A stretch of 63,629 nucleotides of DNA, filler included, from Ionaspis alba (GCA_964255285.1; 2 parts of 2 records of this genome joined end to end with filler, not necessarily neighbours in it), one strand, 5' to 3'. Positions 37,725-51,749 are shown, counted from the first letter of the whole stretch. Numbers and translations: made by a program. Notes: a model not told the origin generated them from the letters alone.

Positions 37725-40000
37725 ATGGGTCTCGGAGTACTGGATGTTGCGAACCACGAGCATGTACCTGGTATGTCGTCCGAGCTCGAGCTCGAGCTCT
37801 CCCATAGCAGGATACTGATGTTATCCAGGTACATCTTTCGTGCTCGACGACGCCAGCCGGCCCGCCACCTCTACGAATATCGACAGTCGACTTAAGTACG
37901 ATCGCTCAGGTCCCGAACCAATCATTCTTGTACCCCAGCCCAGCGATGATCCCAACGATCCTCTCGTAAGAAGCTTATCCCTCAGACATGTCGAGATACT
38001 CGCTAATGAATTATAGAATTGGCCACTATGGAAGCGCGATGTCATGCTCTGCATCCTTTCCTTCATCTCCGTCATTGCATCTACCCTCAGTCCTCTGCTC
38101 GCAGCCAATACCCTCACCCTCGCCCTTTACTTCCAGCGAGATTTCACACAGATGGCGCTTCTGACCGGATATCATCTGTGCGGAGTGGGTGTGGCTGGAG
38201 TCATATTCGTCGCATCAGCGAGAGTCTGGGGGAAACGACATCTGTATATACTGGGGACGATACTCATCATTGTCGGTAGTGCATGGGGAGGAGCCAGCGG
38301 ACGCAATTACCAGAGTCTCTTGTGGGCCAGGGTTATTCAGGGCGTAGGACTGGCCCCGTTCGAGGCTTTGGTCAATGCCAGCGTTGGAGACCTCTATTTC
38401 GTTCATGTAGGTTTTTGGACCTCCTAAGACCGACTATCTCAAAACTCGTGTCTGACCTTGTATCCCAGGAACGAGGCAAGCGCATGGCTCTATCAAACAT
38501 GGCCCTCTTCGGAGGTGCCTTCTTCACCCCCATTCTCGTCGGCAAAATCACCCACACAATAGGCTGGCAATGGTCCTTCTACTTCATTGCTATCTTTGCC
38601 GGTGTCGCTCTTCCTCTCATAATCTTCTTCGTCCCCGAAACCGCCTTCAGACGCCCCGACCACTTCAATACCGACACAACTGNNNNNNNNNNNNNNNNNN
38701 NNNNNNNNNNNNNNNNNNNNNNNNNNNNNNNNNNNNNNNNNNNNNNNNNNNNNNNNNNNNNNNNNNNNNNNNNNNNNNNNNNTTCGTCCCCGAAACCGCC
38801 TTCAGACGCCCCGACCACTTCAATACCGACACAACTGGGGAGAGAGACTTCTCTCAAAAGACACATCTCGATCCCGCATACGAACTGTCGAATACGACAC
38901 CGCCTCGGAACGGGACTCCGAGCGGTAGTGGACCGACGTCGTTTGAGAAGCCTCATGGCGATGTCGAAGGACACCAACTGACCTCTCAAGGACCGATTCC
39001 GCAGAAAGCCAGCTTCGCAAAGAGTCTGCTGCCTTTCAATGGGCGCAAGTCGGATGAGAACTTGTTCAAGCTGATCTTGAGGCCTTTTCCGCTCTTCTTC
39101 CATCCGGCAATCTTGTGGGGCTGTCTCATCCAAGGCACGCTTATTGGGTGGACGGTTATGATAGGTAAGATACCTGATTGAGAGTTCCGGTAGAAGTAGA
39201 GTCCTGTAGTATGCTAACCCGGTGAACCAGGTGTCGTACTCGCAGTCATCTTCCTTGGCCCACCCCTCTTCTTCGACGAAGTAGCCACGGGCTATATGTA
39301 AATCTTCTTCCACCGCAGCTCTTCCGGTAGCATGCTCACCAACTGTCAGGTACACAGGGGCATTCCTCGGTGCCGTCCTCGGCTTCGTCGTCTCCGGGCT
39401 TCTATCCGACTGGTCGACGAAGCTCATGATCCGCCGCAACAAAGGTGTCTATGAGCCCGAATTCCGCATCGTGCTCGTCATCGCCCAGCTTGTCGTCGGC
39501 TGCATCGGGCTCTATGGCTTTGGTATCACAGGCGCTGATGTAGCGAGATATGGTCCATTCCTTCCTGATTTCTTCTTCGGGCTGGAAGTTATGGGTATGG
39601 TGTTGGGAGCTGTGGCTAGTGCCCTGTATATTGTGGATGCTCACCGTAAGGACAAGTTTGAACATGGCTTTGGACCCTTCCATGCTGACAAGTAGCAGGG
39701 GAACTTGCGGTCGAGGCTTTCACGTGCATGCTGATTTTCAAGAATATCTTTAGCTTTGGCTTGACTTGGAGTGCATACAATTGGCTGCTAAGGGACGGCA
39801 TCGTGAAGATCTTCCTCATCATTGGGAGTATTCAGGTGGTGGTTTGTTTATTGAGCATTCCCATGTGTAAGTTCCCTCAACCAGCTTCTCTTGTGAGGAA
39901 GCGGGAGGCTGACAATGCTGTTTGATTAGATATTTTTGGAAAGAAAAACAGATCATTTATGCGCAAGCACGATATCCTTAAAATGACGAGGCTTGACTGA
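37725..40000 (+). CDS. MFS transporter (HOL1-like), multi-intron, spans a false gap
   Basis: MGLGVL..HVPGT, LVPQPSDDPNDPLNW, VWGKRHLY, VGDLYFVHERG, GVYEPEFR; removing the gap and one 55-nt copy restores the frame. Confidence 0.9.
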
Positions 40001-41258
40001 GTTGTGGTGCTTGGACTTATCTGCCACGGTGTTTTTTTTTCCAGCTTTGCCATGGGAAGGGTAATTCCGTTTGTCTTCTTGAGTATTGACTTTAGCGGCG
40101 GCGCTCATTGTTGTGAATAATTGGATAATTTATCGTTTCAGGTCATACCATCTAATTGACCTCTAATGGTATGTGCATGGTATTAAGGCCTCCGAGTTGT
40201 AGGGCGGTCGCTGTGTGAGCTTTATGAGAGGTTGAGTTTTACGAACATCATTGAGTTGTTCAGAGACATGTGTTCAACAAGATAAGAAGTTCCTTCCATC
40301 AAAGCATCCATGAGCTGCCACTTGTTTGCCTGTTCGCCTATCCCATACAGCAGCTTACCAGGTATGTTGTGTCATGCTGCTAGGGAGCGTCTACGGGCAA
40401 GTAGATGTAGAGAGGGAATTGCAGAAGGTGCAAGTGTACGTGCCTAGGAGCTAGGATGGCTAGAAGCAGATATTGACGAAAGGCTCGAGTTATATAGCAT
40501 CGGTAAGACATTGCTCTGAGAAGGAGACATGTCCTCCGTTTACTGGGTAGGGCTCGAGGAATGAGAGAAATCTTACTGAACCAATCATGACGATGCATGT
40601 CGTTATCTTCTCAAATCTATTGTTTGTGGTAGCCTATGAAGACTCGAACTGAAGACTTGAGTACAAAAGCAGGTTTGAGGATGAGCTGATGGCATCGGGG
40701 TGTCAAGCGAATTTAGCTCAGGACGGTGAGGGGAAATGTCAAATGCACGAGGGAGGGTGGGATCATTCGTAAGGCACATAGAGACCATGATAGGCTGGGC
40801 AGAAATATCAAGAGTAGAGACCGATGTTTGATTTGCACTAGAGACAGATCCTCGCGAGAAGACGAAATATCCTAGTGCAGACACACGCTCCTTCAAAGAA
40901 GAACCTTTGCAGTCCAGCCGATTGAGCTGACCATACACTCCATCGGCTTCTACAGTGCGCGCAACCATGAGAAAAACAACATAGCTAGAATCCAGAGTAA
41001 CATAAGGAGAAGTGACAAAAACAAGGTTCGCAAGCATTTCAAAAGAGAACATGACGATCGTGTTTGTGTGCGCGTGCTTGGATTGTCCACTGCTTAGATA
41101 TCGCTAATGAGCTTGCATGACCGTCAAAGTTTCCATTCTGCCATCTTGCCCTCCACAACAAATCTCATCCCAGCCACATTCAGATGCCCTTGATATAACC
41201 ACGCCAGTTGAAAGGACTATCCAGTTGTTCATATGCGAATGTGGCAGTCGCTTGACAT

Positions 41259-42584
41259 CTAAGAGTCGTGAGCAGGGGCGGCAGCAGGCGCTTCTGCGGG
41301 AGTCTCGCTAGCAGCAGCAGGCGCGTCAGACTTTGGCTCAGCAGCCGGCTTGTCCGCTTCCTTTGAAGCCTCCCCAGATGGAGCGGCTTCCGCCTCACCG
41401 CCATCCGATGAGGTCCAGAGGGTGAGATTGTCGCGGAGAAGCTGCATGATCAAAGTGCTGTCGCGGTAAGACTCCTCAGACAACGAGTCAAGCTCAGCGA
41501 TCGCGTCATCGAAGGCTTGCTTGGCGAGATGGCAAGCACGATCGGGTGAGTTCAAGATCTCGTAGTAGAAGACGGAGAAGTTGAGCGCGAGTCCAAGGCG
41601 GATGGGATGCGTCGGTGTCAGCTCGGTCTGAGCAACATCGGTGGCATTCTGTTGCGAAAGTTAGACACAACGCGTGGCGTATATGGTGACATGCCATTTC
41701 ATACCTTGTAGGCCTCGTGGGCAGCAGTGGCAGCGACCTTGCGCTTCTCACCCGATGCAAATTCGGCGAGATAACGATGGTAGTCACCCTTCCTTTAAGG
41801 TCCACCCCATTAGTATCTAGCAATGATGGCACGACTGTAGAAGAAGGCATACATCTTGTGGTAGAAAACCTTCGACTCTCCAGATTCTGCCTTAGGGATA
41901 AGATGCTCATCTAGAACGTCCAAAACATCCTGGCAGACCTTTTCTAGCTCGGTTTCGATCTTTTGGCGGTAGTCGCGGATGGTCCCAACATGTTTGTCTG
42001 TGCCCTTCGATTCCTCTTTCTGCTCGATCGACGAGATAATGCGCCAGGAAGCACGTCTAGTTCCGACCACATTCTTGTAGGCAACGGAGAGAAGGTTTCG
42101 CTCGTCGACTGTGAGTTCACCACCGATCTAGTGAAATCGTTAGACTTCCGGTTGCGATCATAGATATCGACGAGCGGTGAAGTGTTGATGTTTACCTTCG
42201 CGACTTCCTAGACATATTATCAGTACAGAGTACGTTTGCCAATCCAGAGTATACTGACCTTCATGTACGTAACCATCTCTGGCAGGAGATTGTGATTAGC
42301 ACATTGTACTTCTCTTGACGCTCTTCAGGCCTTACCATCATAGCGCTCGGCTTGCTCACAGAGCCTCGCCAGGAAGGTCTTGCTGCACAGTTATTCAATA
42401 CCATGGGCATCTTCTGGATGATACCGAATATCTTACCTCTCACGCTGGATGACGAGGACGATAAGTCAGCTATGTTGCTCAGTGCAGAATCATGGTGTGT
42501 TTTAGGAGTCAGGTGAGCGATAAACACGCCAGCCATCTCCGAAAGGGGAGGCTCAGAATCGAGAGAACTCACCTCTGACGCCAT
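41259..42584 (-). CDS. 14-3-3 protein (Bmh/Rad24 family) with 5' micro-exons
   Basis: [80 protein letters not shown]. Confidence 0.97.
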
Positions 42585-43623
42585 TTCAAATCGCTGGAGT
42601 GAAGTTGCGGTGGAAAGGAGAATTCAAGAGTCTAGAGTGGGAAATTGCAGAGGCTCTTGTGGTTGATATCGATGATAGAGAGAGGTTGCGAGTGGGATCT
42701 GCTACTCAACTGAGAGGCTTAGGACCCGTTAGGGCTTAGCGGCTTCCATGTAGCGAAATTGACATGCGCCAGCCCCTCCCCAGCATTGCCTCGACCACGT
42801 AGCAGGATTGATACCTATCACATCCACTGAGGAGGTTGAATGTTGCTTGTCTCTCCGAACATGTCTATCGTTTCGCGTTGTATGATCCCAACAGTGACAC
42901 ACTTACGTATGTTCTACCGTTCTGTTGGACAGCAGCGACTTTGCTTCATGCTGTAATATACTTCACCTGCAGTAGTGAAGCCAGTACTGGGAACTGTACA
43001 GCCAGTTCCATTTGCTTTCCGGATTGATAGGTGTTCCCTACTGCTCGGAAGACCACAACAGCTACGATGTTAACATATAAGTTTCTGTACACTGCTTTCT
43101 GGACTGGCATAGGTCATAGACGGTGAGACAGATTCAACGCAGTACAACAGAGACGATCACGGATAGGCAAATAGTCCAGGCAACAACCGACTGCATACAC
43201 ATTCTATCTCACTCTCATCTCCAGACGCGTTCGGTTGCTTCAACATAGAGGATTCTCACTCCAGTAATATCAAACCTCTTTGGCTGGTGCTCACTTCGAG
43301 AATAATGCAGACTGTTCCATTGACGTAGTCCTCGATCGGAATTCTGTTGAGTGAAGATCATCATTCAAAGGTGCAGGCATATTAACGGTATTGGTAAGGC
43401 GCTGCTATCGAGGAACATGCTCAATAGTCAAATAGATAATATAACCTGCTAATTCTCCGATTTCTTTATCATAAACCGTAAACCTCTTCCACGATCTAGT
43501 GCGATGGAAGACAACGCTTGAGGGTACTTTAAAACTCCCTTCAGCCCAGAAGCTTTTCTGACAGAGCGCGTTGTTGGCCCACATCTGAAGAATAACTGCG
43601 GAGAAATATTAAGAGCACCGCAG

Positions 43624-43646
43624 GAGGCTCAGCGAGTGGCAGCCAC
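43624..43646 (+). promoter_or_regulatory. Putative Crz1/CDRE sites upstream of Ca2+-ATPase
   Basis: GAGGCTCA (fits GNGGCKCA) at 43624-43631 and inverted GTGGC-A-GCCAC at 43636-43646, about 240 nt before the ATG. Confidence 0.35.
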
Positions 43647-43873
43647 GAGTATCGGGAGCTAAGATAAAGTTTGTCCATGCACGATGACTACACACCCGCA
43701 ATCTCAGGGAAATAATTTATTGAGGCCACGTTGTGATAGACTTACCACTCGAGCATTAGTCAACAGCACCTTCTTTATCTTGTTGTCCTTTCATTCGATT
43801 ATTGGAAGATCTACAATTTTAGAATCATTGAGCGCGGTGTTCTTTGATGTCTTCCGTCTGACCAGTCGTCAAA

Positions 43874-46800
43874 ATGGAAGCTGCATATCTATCTTCGACT
43901 GAGGAAGTCTTGAGCCATTTTCGAGTCACCGAGGAAAAGGGACTATCAGATCAGCAAGTCAAGGATTCTCTGGCCAAGTATGGACGCAACGGTACCAGCA
44001 TTTTCTATGTCGATACATGGGTGATCGGAAAGCTGACCTTCTTCTAGTTCTACCAGAAGATCCTCCGACACCGTTATGGCAGCTTGTGCTGGAGCAATTC
44101 AAAGATCAACTTGTGATAATCCTGCTTGGGTCGGCGGCAATTTCTTTTGTCCTCGCACTTTTCGAGGATGGCGAAGGATGGACCGCATTCGTAGACCCTT
44201 TAGTCGTGAGTGATAAATGAACAGGCTTGCGCATATCAGGATCTAACAGCTACCCTTCAGATCTTGACCATCCTTATATTGAACGCCATCGTGGGAGTCT
44301 CTCAGGAGAGTAGTGCTGAGAAGGCTATCGCAGCACTACAGGAATACTCTGCCAATGAAGCAAAGGTTCTTCGGGATGGAGCTCTGAGGAAGGGCAAGGC
44401 AGACGATCTCGTTCCTGGAGATATTATATCTGTGGCTGTTGGGGACAGAATACCTGCTGATTGCAGAGTTCTGAGCATACAAAGCAATAGCTTCCGAGTG
44501 GATCAAGCAATATTAACGGGAGAGAGTGAGAGCGTTGGAAAGGACACCATGGCAATCACGGACTCCAGAGCTGTCAAGCAGGATCAAATCAATATGTTGT
44601 TCTCTGGTACTACTGTCGTCACTGGACACGCGACTGCCATAGTAGTCTTGACGGGAGGATCAACAGCCATCGGAGACATTCATGAAAGCATAACGTCCCA
44701 GATATCCGACCCTACTCCACTCAAACAAAAACTCAATGACTTCGGAGATATGCTTGCGAAAGTAATCACTGTTATCTGTGTGCTTGTCTGGCTCATCAAC
44801 ATCCAGCACTTCAACGATCCATCCCATGGAAGCTGGGCAAAAGGCGCAATCTATTACCTCAAGGTACACAAATCCTTCTCTGACCATTCGAACTTACTAA
44901 CAGCGCCATAGATTGCAGTATCTCTTGGGGTTGCAGCAATCCCAGAAGGACTTGCTGTGGTAATAACAACATGTCTTGCACTCGGCACACGAAAGATGGC
45001 AGCAAAGAACGCTGTCGTCCGCAGCCTACCTTCAGTCGAGACTTTGGGCAGCTGCAGTGTCATCTGTTCCGACAAGACAGGTACTTTGACAACGAATCAG
45101 ATGAGCGTCAATAAGATTGTGTTTCTGAACGATTCCGGAACGGGTCTGCAAGAGATTGATGTTGAGGGCACAACTTTTGCACCGGAGGGAAGACTGTTGT
45201 CGAACGGGAAACCAATGACAAACCCTGCAGAACGTTCTTCGACTATCTTGAAGATTGCCGAAGTCTCTGCACTATGCAATGAGTCTAAGCTAGCACACGA
45301 CCCAAAGAATGGTACCTATAGCAGTGTTGGCGAGCCGACCGAGGGTGCCCTTCGCGTCTTGACAGAGAAAATTGGAGTCCCGAATTCAGCAATCAATGAG
45401 AAACGGCAAGCTCTTTCGGTCGACGACAGACTCCATTACGCCAGCAAGTATTATGAGGATAACAATGTCGTCCAGGCCACCTACGAATTTTCACGGGATC
45501 GCAAGAGCATGTCTGTTCTTGTTGGCCGAGGGAAAGCACAGAGACTACTTGTCAAAGGTGCTCCTGAGTCGATCCTCGATCGCTGCTCTCATGCGATAAT
45601 CGGTTCTGATGGCAGAAAGGTTCCCATGAACCAGAAAATCGTCAGCCTCATCTCCGAGGAGCTTGTACTTTACGGCAACCGAGGACTACGCATCATTGCA
45701 ATCGCAAGCGTTGACGAGGTGCCGTCAAAAAGTCAATTGACATCGGCCAAGTCCACCCGCGAATATGCACAACTAGAACAAGGAATGACACTAATTGGGC
45801 TTGTTGCCATGCTGGACCCTCCACGTCCTGAAGTCGCACAGTCAGTTCGACAATGCAAAGAAGCTGGAATCCGAGTTGTGGTCATCACTGGCGACAACCA
45901 GAATACAGCCGAGTCTATTTGTCGACAAATTGGTGTCTTCGACGAACATGAAAACCTCAAAGGCAAGAGTTACACCGGAAGGGAGTTTGATGAGCTGAGT
46001 GACAGCCAAAAGCTGCATGTTGCCAAGACAGCTTCTTTGTTCTCAAGGACAGAACCCAAACACAAGTCCCAGCTTGTCGACTTACTGCAGTCGGCAGGCG
46101 AAGTCGTTGCCATGACCGGCGACGGCGTCAACGATGCTCCGGCTCTCAAAAAAGCTGACATTGGCGTCGCCATGGGCTCAGGAACGGACGTGGCCAAACT
46201 CGCAGCGGACATGGTGCTTGCTGACGACAATTTCGCAACTATTGAAGTAGCTATTGAAGAAGGTCGTTCGATATATAACAATACCCAGCAGTTTATCCGC
46301 TATCTGATCTCTTCGAACATTGGAGAAGTAGTTTCGATCTTCTTGACTGCTGCTTTGGGAATGCCAGAAGCTTTGATCCCAGTCCAATTGCTGTGGGTCA
46401 ATTTGGTAACCGACGGGCTTCCAGCAACAGCGCTGTCATTCAATCCACCAGACCACGATGTTATGAGGAGACTTCCAAGGAAGCGAGATGAAGCTCTTGT
46501 CACTGGATGGCTCTTCTTCAGGTATATGGTCATTGGGGTGTATGTTGGTGCAGCCACTGTGTTTGGCTATGCTTGGTGGTTCATGTTCAACCCTGAAGGA
46601 CCACAAATTACTTTCTGGCAACTGGTAGGCTTTTTCCAAGAACTTCGATTGACTTTATGCTAATGTTTTACAGTCTCATTTCCACCGATGCTCTTCTCAA
46701 TTCCCTGAAATTGGCTGTGAGATGTTTGTGAATGATGGTGCTAAAGCCGCTTCCACTGTCTCGCTTTCCATGTAAGTCCCACCCCATCGAGTTATGCATA

Positions 46801-47182
46801 TAAGATGCTAATTCTTTATGCTAGTCTTGTGGTTATTGAGATGCTCAACGCAATGAATGCGCTCTCCTCGAGCGAATCACTCCTAACTCTGCCACTGTGG
46901 GACAACATGATACTCGTGTATGCCATCAGCTTATCTATGGTCTTACACTTCGCTCTACTTTACACTCCGTTCTTGCAAGGGCTATTCTCAATCGTGGCAA
47001 TGAATTGGAACGAATGGAGAGCGATTCTACTAATCAGCATTCCCGTCATGTTAGTCCTCTAAACAACCACCAATGTAAACACTACTGACAAAATCTCTAG
47101 CTTCATCGACGAAATACTCAAGTTCTTTGAGAGAGAGATCTACCTCCCGAAACCGCTCGAGGTCAGGCCGAAGAAAGAATAG
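43874..47182 (+). CDS. SERCA-type (P2A) ER Ca2+-ATPase, 6 introns
   Basis: [68 protein letters not shown]. Confidence 0.97.
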
Positions 47183-47408
47183 ATCTCATCATGATACCCA
47201 TCCAATAGAAGTCCTCATCACTATACAGGATAGATACTTAGAAGTCCTATGACGACTTGTAACATAGTAAAAAGAATCAAATGCATGGTAGAATACCATT
47301 TCTGCTCATTGTAGGACCATATTTTGAACGAAGCAAGTTATTTCCATTCTACAGGCATTTGAACCAGGGATCTCATGCATTCGCCGAACGCCAGCTCCCT
47401 ATGCTGCT

Positions 47409-48202
47409 CTAATCCTGTCTACCCTTCAGTAACCGTTTGGTGACTTTATCCTTCTCAATAATATAGACGTGTGCTCCCCAGCCTGATAAGGCATCCCGGT
47501 CCACTGCGTTCAGCAGGGCCTGCGATATCGTCTCGAACAGATCGTCCGGCTCCTGCAGTACCAGCAGGATTAGCACCTTCTCTGGTATTTCTGACCAGCC
47601 TCAGAAAGAGTTACTTACCAAGTCTGGTTCCCATAGACCTTCACAAGTCCCAAAAAGCTGATCACTCGCCGTCCCACTGACAATGAAGTCCTTGGCAAAA
47701 TCAATACATCCAATACTATCAAACCCGCATATGAACGGCTTTCCCGTTGTCCGATTGATGCCCGCAATTACAGGACTGACAAAGTAGGGCCCAAACCGCT
47801 TCTCGTACAGACTGCTCGACACCAGATTCGCCATCGTCTGCGGCGAGATATTGCGCTCTTCTCGGAGTCGGTACATATTCACTTTGTAGCGGAAGAGATC
47901 TGAGACGGTTGATACATCGGTGGCGAGACCTGTTAAGCCTAGATAGACGTCGCCGTAGGTGAAGATTTTAGGGAAGTTGTTCGAGACTGTTAGAGATTGA
48001 AGGCCGAGGCGCAAGTCGCAGGCTATGGCGACACAGTCTTTGCCTACCATGGCTACGCAGGCACCGCCATCTAGATGGAGGGTTGTCATCAGTGGACTGT
48101 CGGATATCGAAGACACGAGAATCTGTACTTATGGAGAAAGGGCTTGACTGCAAATCTTGATTAGCTGGAGCGCATTTGAATGTCGTCTGAAGTGCTTACC
48201 AT
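47409..48202 (-). CDS. PUP3: 20S proteasome beta-3 subunit, 3 introns
   Basis: [62 protein letters not shown] stop. Confidence 0.97.
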
Positions 48203-48343
48203 GGTGAACCAGATTACAGCTTGACCCGAATGTTTGTTATCTGATTCCCGAATTTTGAGGCTGTGGAGTTCGGAGAAATCTGTCGCAAGATACTAGAACT
48301 CGTAGGTTGACGAGGTGTACGAATACGCGTGAGAAGAGCTTGG

Positions 48344-48350
48344 GGAGCTG
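48344..48350 (+). promoter_or_regulatory. GGAGCTG element in the PUP3/UBX4 divergent promoter
   Basis: Shared with the RPN8 promoter. Confidence 0.3.
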
Positions 48351-48621
48351 CCTTGCAGGGGTCTGGACTGCGGGAGGATCCCAAACGGTCTCAGAACGGC
48401 GTCATGTCAACATGCGATGTGCCTTTACCATACAGCTGATCACGTTGCGATTTGTTGAGCAAACTTAATCGACATATATTTGTAATCCGCAGTTGTGGCC
48501 ATGGGATTTCTATTGCTTTCCATCCTCCACCAAAATTGAGCTTTCGAGGCCCTCAATTCAACGCATCAGCATTCAGAAACTTTTCACAACACCGCGCACC
48601 TTCCTCTCCTACTCACGCAAC

Positions 48622-50255
48622 ATGGCTTCCCACGTTGTAGTGATCGACGCTACAGCTCGTCGAGCTGTCATCAAGACTACTCCTAGCAAACACCTCAGCG
48701 ATGTCCTCCAAGAAGCGTGTACCAAGCTCGGGCTCGATGGGAGTCAGTATGGGTTGAAGTAGGTATACAGCCCACTTCTCCATTCAAAATGAATAGAGCT
48801 TTGTCTCATGCATGAGTCTAGTAGTCCTGTGGCTGATCCGTACTTTACAGAAACAACAACAAGCAAGTTGACCTTTCTCGGACCATCAGATTGAGCGGTC
48901 TCTCTTCTGGTGCGAAACTCGAACTTATCTATCTCTCCCGTTCTGTATCCGTCGTATCAGTAGCGCTCGCGCTCCCGGAATCAGAGGGCGTACCAAATAA
49001 CCGGTTGACGGAAAAGTTCTCGAGCACAACAACGTTATGGCTTATACTACGAAAGTTCGAGTCAGGAGGAGGTGCTTCGAGGAACTTCACCGCTCGTGGT
49101 GTGCCGAAGTTGTCAGAGGGAGGATCAGGAGCCGGACGATTATACTATGAGACTCCTGTTCTGATGATGATGGGCAGGGAGCTCTCGTCCTTCACTGATC
49201 TTCAGAAAACACTGGGACAGCTAGGCTTCAACGGCGGGAGCACACTCATACGGTTGAGCTTCAGGGTATCAGATACACCACTAGAAGAAGCCGTTGAGCA
49301 AATTGGACAATACTTTAAGTCTGTCGATGCCGAGACAGCAGCACGGGAGACACCAGAGGCAGAGAGCTCCATAGCGCCTCAAAACGCCACAGAACAACCT
49401 CGACCCAGCATAACGAAGGATATCGATCAGCTCGAAGCACCTACGGAAGCGAAAGAGACCCCACAGAGAGATGCAACGATGACAGAAGAATCTGATCCCC
49501 CTTTCAATGATGAGAACCTGCCACTCCAAACACAATCTCCGACCTCATCTAACTCTGCTTTCCAATCCACAACAACCCTTGGCCCTAACTCCCGCCCCAT
49601 TTCCGTCTTCGCCGCACCAACATCCACAACCCCTCGCGCCGCCCTCCAAGCCCATAATCCTAAAGACTACGAAGTTACCATCGACCACGCCAAGCTCCAC
49701 CAATCGCGGCTCTCTCTTACCGGACGAAACAAACGTCTCCCAACAGACGCCGAGATTGCAGCAGAGGAAGAAGCACAAGCACAGAAGGTGGCCGAGATAA
49801 AAGAAGTCGAGATCAAAATCCGCTTCCCAGATCAGACGCAGGTGGTCAGCTCATTTACAACCGAGGATACGGGCGATACACTCTATGCATTTGTGAGGGA
49901 AATTATGGAGAGAGAGGATGCGCCGTTTATGCTCAGGTTTAATGGATCGAAGGGGCCGGTGACCGTACCCAGAGATGGTGGCGTCAGACTGATCAGGAAG
50001 TTGGGAATGTCAGGGAGGGTATTAGTAACTTTCATCTGGGATGAGGGTGCTGGGATTGAGGTGCGGGCAGGACCGGTGCTGAAGGAGGCGTTCAGGCAGC
50101 AGGCGAAGACATTAGAGGTCAAGGAAGTGCAGCATGTGGAGGTGGAAGATGAGGCTGTTGCAGCTGGGAAGGGGAAGGAGGTCGAACGAGATAGAGGAAA
50201 GGAGAAAGGAAAGGGAGGGGTGCCGAAGTGGTTGAAGCTGCCGGGGAAGAAGTAG
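48622..50255 (+). CDS. UBX4: UBX-domain Cdc48 cofactor (Ubx4/TUG/ASPL-like), 1 intron
   Basis: N-terminal UBL (LSDVLQEAC...DLSRTIRLSGLSSGAKLEL), UBX IKIRFPD, C-terminal PKWLKL. Confidence 0.88.
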
Positions 50256-50543
50256 AGCTACGAAAGTGATGATTTATGCGGGCATAAAGATATGGCGGAC
50301 TAGTTGGACATAGAGCTCTTCGAGATCCTAAACTTTTACAATCTGCTTCAGGTTCTCGACTGCTAGAACGAATTGACCCTTGATGACGGTGCGCGGCTGT
50401 AGTAGCCATATTCGAAGTGAAAGCTTGATTGCTAAGGTCCTCCTGAGTCTGGATGTCTGCTATTGCGAATAGTCCAACAGTACCTCCACACGCCTACACA
50501 TAGCAACAGCTCCTGCATGCCTTCCCTTTCGCCATTCCCCAGC

Positions 50544-51186
50544 TTAGTGACCAGCTCTCCTCGACTCGGCAATCACTCTTTGTAGCTCATCAACCTTTCG
50601 CTTTGCACGTCCGAAAGTACCGAGCTGTAAATGACAAGGTCAGTAATGTCCTTCTCTCATAATTCCAAGGGCTTTTGGACGGCCGTAGCGCAGATATTCG
50701 GATTATGTCAAGAATAGTCATAGGGATGGACACATACCCTCTTCTTCGCCAACTTCCTCGCGCGCTTGTCCTTGCTGTTACGTAGGAGTTCGATGACACG
50801 GCGTTCGTATGGTGCGAGTCTGTAAGAAGAACGATACTGTCAGCTTCACGTTCTCTGGATCAAAGATCCCCATGATCATATGCAAAGATTCTTCCGGATG
50901 AACCAGGACTTGTGGAAATCTAGCCCATTGCCCATCTCTTGTCTGGACGAAACCCAAGTAGATCACACATACCCAGCAACCTCCTTAACAATCTCCCTCA
51001 CAAATGCAGTACGCTTACTCAGATGTCCTTTGGTGCGCGATATTCTAGGCTTCACCTCACGAGCTGTGGTTTTCTATCCCAATCATCTACGGTCAGCGGG
51101 CAATCCTTTCGCACCAATCACATGGTCGAAGAACTTACGTGGCCGCGGTTCAGCCCGATGGCGATTCCACTGCGTTCTTTTGCCAT
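50544..51186 (-). CDS. RPL36: 60S ribosomal protein L36 (eL36), 3 introns
   Basis: [62 protein letters not shown]. Confidence 0.98.
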
Positions 51187-51303
51187 GGTCGATTGTTGGT
51201 GGTCGCTGTCAGTATCTCCGTTTTTCGAGCGAAGTTGAGGTTTCGAGGTGCGGTTAGCGTGGGATTAGGTAAGTGCGGGAAGCGAGATAGCTTGGCATTT
51301 ACG

Positions 51304-51325
51304 AAACCCTAAATCGGCCGAGGGT
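51304..51325. promoter_or_regulatory. CCCTAA/Tbf1-like element upstream of RPL36
   Basis: AAACCCTAAATCGGCCGAGGGT with inverted ACCCT/AGGGT arms, about 120 nt upstream of the ATG. Confidence 0.45.
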
Positions 51326-51749
51326 AGTGTTGGAATCCTAGGTCATTTTTCAATTAAATAGGGTGCTAGCAATGCTAATAATACTCATCATACTACTGGG
51401 TTCAATATCTACTGGCAGTCCACAATTTTGTTCTCAAAAGGCGTTTGATGGCTCGTTTAGTACCCTATCGGCGAGTTCGAGCATCAGAGCGACACGATTT
51501 CTTGTCGCCTTTCATCATCGATCATTCGAATCATAGCAAGATGATATTCAGAGCTAGATATTGAGACACTAATCCGTCTTGCAAGCTCAAGAATATTGGA
51601 CTACAGCTAGAATGATAAGTGCGTAGGTCTGTTCATCAGGGAGCAATGGTTTGTGTAGCAATGTTGTGCAGAAACCCTCTGTCCTTCTTGGCGGACAGCT
51701 CCACCATATCAGTTCTATCTTCAAGTACAGAGCCACGAGACACACACGA

